A stretch of DNA of 64,000 nt from Anthoceros angustus (Eukaryota; Plantae; Anthocerotophyta), in the NCBI GenBank assembly GCA_010909165.1, contig MU008154.1, positions 1,229,478 through 1,293,477 of the forward strand, read 5' to 3'. The position numbers and the translations under genes are program-made. Position 1 is the first letter of the stretch, and each line of letters begins with the position of its first letter. A model generated the notes under the pieces. That model made no database searches and was not told the origin of the DNA. It saw only the letters and a list, made by a program, of their open reading frames with translations. Of the stretch, positions 54,861-64,000 are shown piece by piece.

Positions 54861-56205
54861 GACTACACTCATGTTGGCCCAGCTTGCACATATTCAAGTT
54901 TATTGTCACATGGTATCCCTTCAAACTAGTTTGCGTTAGTCTTCAAAACCGTATTTATACCACAGACAACTACCTGGATATTGCTATTTTGTGATGTACT
55001 CATGTTGTCACAGAATGTCTTTGACATGTTGTCGCTAGACACAACAACACTTCCACATGTGCAAAACACATTTGAAATCACATTTGTGCAAGCATCAACC
55101 TTTTGCGTACCTGCTCGATCACTGGAACATCTCCAAATGCATGCGATGAGTTTGTGTGAACATCAGCCTTACGAGAACCTCTGTTTCATCATGTGAGCAT
55201 CTCCAGACGCGTGAAGCGAGTCTGAAATTTAGCTTATGTAAACATCCGCCCCATGATCACCTTCGCTGACCCTCCGAATGTGTGAAGCGAGTCGGAAAGC
55301 TTGTACAGACATCTACTTTATGACCATCTTCATTAACCCTCGGAGCATCTCCAAATGCGTGCTCAAAGTAAGTCTAGTTAGGCATCCATCTTCACGAGAC
55401 ACAACTGCTTCGTTTGAGTGGCGAGTGTGCTAGGCACCTCACACATGTCAACACACAACGACTCTGAAAAAACCAGACAGTTCCATTGCAAAAAAAAAAA
55501 AAAAGCAAGCATCGCTTGGAACCGGGCACTTAGCCTCACAAAACTAGGGGAACGTTTCAGCTTGACCTCTTTCATTCCAATTACGACAAATATACGCATC
55601 AATAATTCGTGATTCTTGGGTAGTTTGAAAGAAATTTTCTGAGAGGCATCTCCTTCTACTATTGGAAAACTTCGGAGCATTCTCACACCGTAGAATCGAA
55701 GACATAAGTTCTTGGAAATGGCTGGAAATAGGCGCTACCATGGCTCGAGCCGGGTATGGCCCTCGCCCCCCTAGCCACAGCGTCTTACCATACAACGGCC
55801 AGTGCCATCCCGGCCTCTCGACCGGTTCTCAATGTCTATCCATCCCTGGAGTGTTACGGTTTTTAGGATCAGAGAATTTACCACTACCATCAAAGACCAC
55901 ACACCAATTAACCCAGCACAAATTAGAGAAACAATAATCAGCAGCTTACAAAGCCTGTGCAGGCAGCATAGTCTCCTCATAGTCCCCGGCTCAGCAGATA
56001 ATTTATATATCCTGCCCACACAACCAGAAATCCAAGAATTTCAAGAGAAAATAATTCAAATTTTACAGAACCTAGAAGCCAATGCACAAACTAATACTAA
56101 CCACAGAAATTACAGAATAATAATTACACTACAAATACAAACCAACTGCCTTCTCAAGAGCTCCACCATTGGCCTATAAACAATCAAACAATCACTCACA
56201 CCACA

Positions 56206-56290
56206 ATGTCTACACTCTCCCTGTCCAAAGAGGAGAAGTTTGATGGACAACAGCACAATTTTCCAGTATGGAAATTCTGCATCAGGGTGT
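56206..56290 (+). mobile_element. Truncated Ty1/copia gag N-terminus relic
   Basis: MSTLSLSKEEKFDGQQHNFPVWKF resembles the copia Gag start (EKFDG..NF..WK); no pol present. Confidence 0.45.
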
Positions 56291-56589
56291 TTGCAAGCTT
56301 TGGTGGTCAAAAACGTGCTAATAGATCAGTTGTCAAGCGGCCACCAGGCGGTGGCATGCTATCACCGCGAAACTCAATTGAGGTTGACGTTTCGAATTAG
56401 GTTAGGTGATGAGGGTTTTTGGCTGCAGTGTTGGGCGCAAGTTTTTCCCGCCCTGGATCACAAGGCTGTTGGAGGTGTGCATGGACAACAAATGTGCTAG
56501 CGGAGAGGAAGGTGTATAGAAGGAGTTCAGGCGAGCAAGGAGCAGAATGCGGTCACCGGCCAGTGGCGTCTTGGGCGAACAAACGAGGG

Positions 56590-57345
56590 CGTGAAGGCAA
56601 GGCTGGTAAGGCTAGGGATGAGGCATAGCCAAGAACTAACTTGCAGGTTGTTGGACAAAGAGGGGAATGAGGAAGTGCCAACACCTCCTTCGACTTCCAC
56701 AGCGAGAGTACGTGTGTGGCGCGCAATGCACCGGGCAGTAGCGACTACCTTGGGAAGTGAGGAGTGCACAGTGCGAAGGAAGCAACAAGTGGGCAAGGCG
56801 CTGGCAGAAGAGTTTTTGAAGATGACAGACTAGTTTTCAGGCCATGTCGACGCGAGATTTTGGAGTGGTTTCATCGCGCTCCTCTTCTTCAGGATTTTCG
56901 GACTCCTCCCCCTCTGGACGCCAAAGATGCACAGTTGTTTGGTGTTGTAATGCAGAACCTGAGGACGGCTTGCAGGAATCTTAGAGATGTACAAGTGGGC
57001 GATCACTTGCGAGCACGGAACACGTTGTGGAACCTCATATTGTCGAAAGACATTGACCAGTTTAACATGGTTCCAACACTAGCAAAGCACATTGGTGTCA
57101 GCCGAAAGCAGATTCGGCGAGCGTTGGGTGGTTGTGGAGAGGCAAAGCGTTCAGAGCAAACACTCTGGTGTGGGAGTGGAAGGAGAACAAGGTGCGACGT
57201 CGTCTCCGTAACTATGAAGGCCACCATAGTGCAATTTTAGGAGGTGGCATCTCAGCCTTCTTCAAACACAAGGACACAAAGTGGATGCGCACTGGTCCCA
57301 ACTCATACATCAAGCATATAATCCACTACCTCGACACCTCTCAAG
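56590..57345 (+). mobile_element. Degenerate DNA-transposon protein relic (family uncertain)
   Basis: Broken ORFs ending RRTRCDVVS...IVQF*...KDTKWMRTGPNSYIKHIIHYLDTSQ, reminiscent of bryophyte transposase N-terminal regions; stops and frameshifts. Confidence 0.35.
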
Positions 57346-58890
57346 TGATGCACTCGGTGGTCTTCAAATCAGTTTAACAAGCCTGACATGTGGTGGTTCT
57401 TGTTCTTCCTAGTGCGTCTTCTAAGAACCTTGTTTGGTTCGAAAATGCATGTTGTTGCAAGTGGTCTTTGTAGGAGCAGGTCTGATGGGAATTGGTTGAA
57501 TTTCCTGCAATTCCCGGAGGAGGGTTTAGCCGGGTTGCGCAATTCTTGAGTTCGAGGGTTACCGGGTGTGGGTGCCTGTGTGAATCATACTGTCAGGATG
57601 TATGCTGCATAAAGCTAGTATTGAAGGTGGCTCTCCAACGGTGTTTGTGTGTGAATTTTGGTGTGCTACTATTGAATCAGATGTTGTGTAGATGTCTTTG
57701 CCTCAGTGGCTTGCTTGTGAGGCCTCTCTGGTTGCAGTTGCTTGCAAAATGAACCTCGCCACTTACATGCATGTGGATGTTCACGCGGGTCTCATGCTCC
57801 TTGCTCTTCACACTTTAGCATGGCGCATTTGTTTGCAGCAGAGGGGGAGGGTGCAGCTGTTTCGAAGCTTAGGGGTTTAGGGTATGGACCCATAATGGTA
57901 GATGTTTTTTGTCTTTAGTGTGGTGTGAATTTTTTCCTTTTTGCAAGCACCTGTTGTGGAAGTCCGTGGCACTTCATTCTGGTCGTGCTTAGTGTCGGTT
58001 GTAGAGTGATGGGGTCTGGCATTGCAGGCAGGGGAGGAGATTTACCTAGCGGAGTTTGACTTATGTTTGGTTGAGTTTGGTATGTGCGCGAGGGCATCCT
58101 TGTGGAAGTCCGTGGCATGTCCCCTCGGCCCTGAAAGCAAGCATCTGCATGCAGCATCATAAAGAGCAAAAGCAAGTGCTCCGGTTCCCTACCAGCCTCC
58201 ACTTCCACCCTTAGAAACATAACCTGCTGGAGTACAACAAACACGCTGACATATTTGTAGGCAGCAATCATTGCACACTCATTGCAGCAACCCCTGACCT
58301 TCAGAATCATCCTCCTCATATTCCAGCAGGAATAAAAAACATTTGCACACATCTGCTGCAACAACAGGTGCTATTGGGCACTTCAACAATTGGGGGAGAA
58401 ATTCAAGGGACACAAATTAAAACACCCCCCCTCGAAATAGCCACATTGATTGCGGATGACTGCGATCGACTAACAAACGTACCTTGTGCGGACACGACGG
58501 CATGGTGTTACCGATGATGTGCTGTGGGAGTGGCATGGAGCCCGCCGGTGTGGACTCTTCACTCTTAGATGGTGAATCCGCTGGATCGCCTGCTTGAAAT
58601 CCAAAAAGCCAGCAACATGTTCTTGCAGCTTGCTCCTACAAGCTAGGTTTTCGGCCAACTTCTTGTTCACAACATTACAGTGGTCTGTCTTGGCCTTCAC
58701 ACTTTGGCGGACCAGTTCCATGGTGCCTCGTTGAGTTTACGAGTCCAACCCCACGCCATATTGAGCACAAGGTCCGCTAGCTGAACCTTTGTCAAGTCCA
58801 GATCCTTCAAGGCATCCTCCCCTGCCTTAGCAAGCTTTGACTCCTCATCCGCGCACGTGTGGACCACGGACTCTCCCCGGGGGTAGGAAA

Positions 58891-61800
58891 TGAGTTAGGT
58901 TTTGTTTTTTTCGTAGGTGCGGAGTAGAAAATAAAAGGCGGAAAGGAAGAAATAAGCCGAGATACTCGGTGTGATCCGGACCCCGACTCGAGAGTAGATC
59001 GGACTCGGAGTAGGTGAAGGACTCGGGAGCACACTCCGAGCTCGGACCACACCGGAGTATCGGGATAAGTCCGGACCACACTCGGAGGCAGGACGCCAGG
59101 ATAAGTACATGAGTAAAGTAACTTAGAAGTTGGAGGCGTGATTTGAGCAGATGGCCACGTGGGCGATGCTGAGTGAGTAGCAGGCATGCGGCAGACCCGG
59201 GATCGTAGGGTTGCAGTGGCGTGTAAGTGATATTCACGCTCCCGAGTCGATTCGGGCGTGCAAGGTTAGAGTACGCAGCGGTGTGAGGCCAGAGTAAGCG
59301 GAAGCGTAAGACGGGAGTAAGCCATACATACCTTTAGCGATTACAGGCGGCGAAGGGACACCCTCTCGCCCTGACTACTCGGCGTTGCGGCACGGGGGAA
59401 GGCCATTTCTCTTTGTGACCTGCGGACGATTTCGCGGTCTCTCTCGCCACCCGCTCTTTGGCGCCTATCTCTTCGAGCGCCGGGCACCTTGGCGTGCGGC
59501 TCACCGTGGTTGGGCGGCAAGCGGCGAAGAGGAGCAACGCGCCAACAATATGCCATGCGATCGCTGAGCCGGGCAAGGGCGGGCGATGGACCAAGGAAAA
59601 TGCGTGAGTATGGGAGCCGGGCGCCTGGTGGCGCAACATTGTCACGAGATACCCGACCGGACCACAGGCTGAGAGGAGGCGAGAGGACTTAGTGGAGAAA
59701 TGGCACGGACATCTTGTTGGTTTGGACGTTCAACAGCGCCACACTCGTCAGAATCGCCCGGGGAAGATGCTTGGCCGTCGCCAACAAGGTCCAGCTCCAA
59801 AAAGCTTGAGGAGGATCTGGGAGGTGGTGGTGGAGGTTCCTGAGGCGGTTTACAGCAGCACGGTGGGAAAGGTGGGGTGTAGTCCGGAGCCCTCAAGGTG
59901 AGGGAAGGTAGAAGCGTGAAGGCGGCGATGCTATGCGGCCCAAGGACTGGCAGTGGTCCAACAATTTGGTGATGTCGGACCTGCTTGGATAGGCGGGTGA
60001 GGGCGTGCTTTCGAGTCATTGTCCAACTATGCTCCAAGGTGGATCACCTTGGTGATAATCTTTGGTGTTCCTGCACGCCCTATAGCGGGCAACGGAACGG
60101 GCGATCATTATCCTCGCCTCGGATCGCCAAGAGGCTGTGAAGCTACGGAGCGAGAAGCCGCCTCACAAGACCGCCCCTTTCCTCATCCATGTATGGGGAC
60201 ACCTCAACCTCAAGGAGGGAGAAGAAGAGCGGCCCGGAAGGGTTGGCGCCGGGCGAGGGGAGTGGCGCGCCAGGCGAGGCCCGACCTCCTAAGGCCAAAC
60301 GGCCTGGAGGAGGATGATTGGGAGGGGATTCCGGATTCCATCTGACTGGAACGGACCCCCTCGCCGCCCCGAGAGGTATGGGAGGATATCCCTGCCTCCC
60401 TCCTTCCGATCCCGGAGGCGAGGTGCCCGCCCGATGGAGCACCACGGAAGGGAGCCGCAACACCTACCACCAAAGAAACCGCCATACCAAAGAAATGAGC
60501 CACAGACGAAGCGAGTCGTCAAGAGGCAAGGTGGCCCTACCAACGGCGCCAAGGAGATCCTCCGCCACCCACGGAGCGTGGAGGCAGGAGGTGGGAGAGC
60601 GGAGAGGGACGCCCGCCTCAAGGCGGGGCACCGGCAGCAGCCCACATCCGGAGTCTGGCCTGCCTCCTCTCGACGGGAGAGGAAACCGCCAGCCCTGACC
60701 GCCCGCCACCAAGCCCAAAACGAAGGCGTGAGAAGGAGTGCGCCAAGCCAAGGAGGAAGGCCGGACTGGCACCTGTGACTCGAGGGTCCGTGATCAGTCC
60801 AGAACCAAGTCCCGACTCACTCCCGGATGCAGCCCGGCCCTTAACGGACGAAATGCCCGGCCCCACGATGTACTTGGGTGCACACCGTGGCCGGGAAGAG
60901 ACACGGCTGAGTTCCGCAACCGCCATGGACGGATGCCTGGGGTCTCTGGATGGTAGAGAAGACCCAGAGGTGAGGCAACCAGAGGCGCATGGTGCTCCCT
61001 CCAGAGCAAGGTGGAGGCGGCCTGTGAGGCCAGAAGAAGGCGAATCCCTCGCCGGATCGGGAGGAGGGAAAGCGAGCAGGGAGGTCCGGCTCATCTTCAA
61101 AGACCCGACCAAAGTCCTTCAGCAAGCGAACAACCGGCGGAAGTAGGAGGCCCAAGCCCGAGGAGGACCGGCAGCACGACGGAAGCTGCACAGAGGGAGT
61201 TGGAGGAAGCCCGGGACAAAGTGAGTGCTCGAGACTCGCCGAGGCAACGCAAAGAAGAACAACACCAAGCCGCAAGCTTAGGTGAAGGCGGCGAGAGGCG
61301 GAGGTCATGGCTAAAACCAACCAGTGATCATTACCGTAGATCGAACCGGTGGAGGGAGACGGACATCCGCGGGCTAACTCAAGGCGGAGCATGAGGCTGA
61401 GGCAGCCACCGGTAAGAGAAGGAGGCCAACAGCAAGGAGATGGGGATCTCGGGCTCGATTCGCGTGGAGGCGGAGCAGCGAGGAGATGGAAGGCCGCAGG
61501 AGACCACAGCTACTGCCCAACATACGATTGAGAATGGAGCTCTTGAGTGTGATCGCGGATCACGAGCGGAGGTAAGCGACTCCGGCTACGGTTGGGCGAA
61601 GAGGTAAGGCGATAGAACAAGGAGCCGTCGCGAAATGGAGGACACAGACGAAGCACTGAAATCAGGCGAGTTGCGGACCCTTTGGGAAAGAGATGGCGGA
61701 GCTTCAAGCCGAGGATGAGCGGAGGAAGAGGGCCTTGGGCCTTGAGAAAAGAAGCTGCTGGTCCGAGTTGAGGAAGGCGGAGGGCTGACTGCGCCATGGC

Positions 61801-64000
61801 GGGAAGGTTAGCGGCGGGCCAGCGGCGGGAGTTGGGCGGCGGAGGCGACAGCAGCTGCTGCGGGGAAATATGAGGCCTCCCTCGTGGCCTCGAGATTCTG
61901 CTCGACTCCGGTGACAAATGCAGCGTGAGGCAGGTCGACAAAGTCGGGACACGGCTCAACTAGCACTTATGGAGAAGAGTGCAGGTGCTCGGGCGCGTAA
62001 TGGAGGCAATCCAGCAGATTGACTGGTTTTGCCTTACTGAGCTCCTCAGGCGTTGGAAGCTTCTCGGCACATTCTGTTCGACGGACCTCGGAAGGTCGGA
62101 AGAGGTGAAAGGAGAAGAAGACGCAGGGATAGCGGCGGATCTCTGTCTGGGCCAGTGCTATCCCCACAGGGCCCAAGGCCCGGGCCTAATAACCTTGTTC
62201 GGTGGACGGCGGCGGAGGAGAGGAGCCCGGAGGAGCATGATGCGTACGTAGCAGGCTTGAGATAAGCCACCAAACCACGGGAAGGATAGGGCGAGGACCC
62301 CGAAAGGTGGGGAAGGAAGAAACCGGACCCAAGCTGGAGGAGGCCGGTGAGTGAGTTGAGCCCCAGCGGTCGAGGTCCAAGTCGGGGCTTGAGGGGCCGA
62401 CACAGTAATAAGGCGGACCAGGTCCGAACCCAGGCAGACGGACCACGAGGTCCGGACTCTAGAAATAAGGCCGACTTGAGATCGGGCCGAGGTCGAGCAG
62501 GACCCAGGTCCCGGGTTCGAGGAGGAGAGGAGTCACCGACTTGCTCAGGAGGAGCAGTCCACCGGTGGCCCTACAGAGCAGGGACCTACTCGAAGGCCAG
62601 GAGAGGAGGATGTGGTGGTTACCGCGGTTGTCGACCGCCCGAGCCAACCACGGGGTCTTGGGAAGGGGAAGGGGACCCGCCTCGCGGATCATCTGATTGG
62701 GTGCGCCGCAACTGTCAGGGCAGGGAGTAGGGTCATTGGCGCCGAGGCGGAACCAAGGGCATCCCCAGGCCTACCGCCGACGACAGAGATAGGTGGGGGG
62801 AAGTAAGATGGTAGGCGGCCGATTAGGGCATACTGAGCATGCCATCAGCTCAGAATAGGGGTGTAATAAAGACGCCGACCTTGGGCGTAGTATAAGAGGG
62901 CTGAGGCTGCTCTAGTAAAGTATCTTTCTCTTGGTGTGGATACCCCGTTTCTTGCAGACCCTTGTACGTCTTCTTGCTAACGTGAGTCACGGAGTCGAGT
63001 AGGCACGGCTCGGAGGCCTCTGAGTCTGATGACGGACCCTAGCGGTGGTGGTGTGTGCGGGCGAATGATCGTAGACCCTTGCTCGTCGAGCGGCGGACCC
63101 GGCGTTGGACGGGCCGGAGCGTGTGAGCGGAGGGACTTCGGGAGGCGTGTAGGCGGGCGGAGGCGTGGCGGAGCAGCGGAGGAGGTCGGACCACGCACCC
63201 CGCCTTTTCCCAAGAATGATGAGTGTAGCGAGAGTGGTGAGCGGACTAGAAGAACGCAGTGGCGGTTGGGTTGTCTGGACGCTGAACGTAGTCCTTAACG
63301 CGTTGGCGCGCGAGTCTGTTCGGTGGATCGTTACGGTAGTTAGGTCGATAAGCGTGTGTTTGAGTGCGAAGCGGCCGCGGCGTGGTGAGAAAGCGATTGA
63401 AGCGTGTAGCGGAGCCTATCATTCTCTCGGAGGCGGACTCCTTACTATACACGGGATTATGTGCGCCCGACTGGCCGTGCAGCGAAAGTAGCGTCATGGC
63501 GGGAAGGTTGGGCCGAGCGAAAAACGACGGAGTTGAGGCAAAAGTGAGCGAGCAGCATAGGGAGGAATCTGAGGCCTCCCTCGTGGCTCTGCGAGATTCC
63601 TCGCTCGACTCCACCGACAACCGCGCAACAGACGGGCCAAGTCGGACAAAGACGCTCAACTACCGATGAGAAGAGGAACCTGGATGCCCGGCCAAGATGT
63701 GGAGGAGGCAATCCAGCAGATTGACTCGGATTTTCCTACGCCCGAGCTCCTCAAGGCTGAAGCTTCTCGCACCCGCCACAACTGGACGGACCTCGGAAGG
63801 GTCAAGGAGTGAAAGGAGAAGAAGCACGGGAAAGACTGCCCGCTATCCCCTGTAGCCTGAAGGTTATCCCTCGGGCCCAAGGCCCTGTGGGCCTTGGTGG
63901 CGTGACGACGATGGGAGGTGAGAGGAGCCCCGGGAGGAGCATGATGCGCCAACGTAACCACCTTGAGATAAGCCACCGCAACCCGGCAGGGAAGGATAGG
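58891..64000. mobile_element. GC-rich degenerate repeat block, probably retrotransposon-derived, containing a diverged ~500-bp direct repeat (61793-62290 vs 63494-64000)
   Basis: No coherent spliced gene; short CCGAG/CTCGG motifs at 58960-59100; purine tract at ~62785-62802 followed by a TATA-containing segment; the two repeat copies differ by many indels. Confidence 0.45.

Noticed and set aside
63020-63070. CTGATGA as a hammerhead (retrozyme) core in an LTR-like segment
   Set aside because: No stem II followed by GAAA and no compatible cleavage triplet or stems found.

Overview
Gene-dense eukaryotic nuclear DNA from a land plant. Short (~80-250 bp) introns, a FOUR LIPS-type MYB and a cilia-associated MAPK15/ERK7 point to a seed-free plant with flagellated sperm, most plausibly a hornwort (inference). 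Twelve host genes can be built by hand: a pectin methylesterase-like protein lacking key catalytic residues, tRNA ligase (RNL), F-box SKIP8-like, FLP/MYB88-like MYB, prohibitin, LYR/FMC1-like, MAPK15, a RING/coiled-coil gene with an in-frame UGA, FtsHi1, SF3A1, an NHX5/6-type antiporter with two U12 introns and a long repeat tail, and alpha-tubulin. There is also one conserved unknown protein. The most striking element is a full-length 4.3-kb APE-RT LINE (minus strand) with a 13-bp TSD and poly(A). Its first ~80 nt fold into a P4-less (minimal) HDV-like self-cleaving ribozyme whose predicted cleavage site lies 2 nt from the 5' insertion junction. Its RT motifs resemble LINEs I recall from early-diverging fungi. 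Other items are a perfect 60-bp hairpin upstream of RNL, two 3' fragments of an RLE-type (CRE-like) non-LTR family, several tandem repeats, and degenerate transposon relics in 35-40 kb and 53-64 kb. Exon boundaries were read manually and may be off by a few bases.
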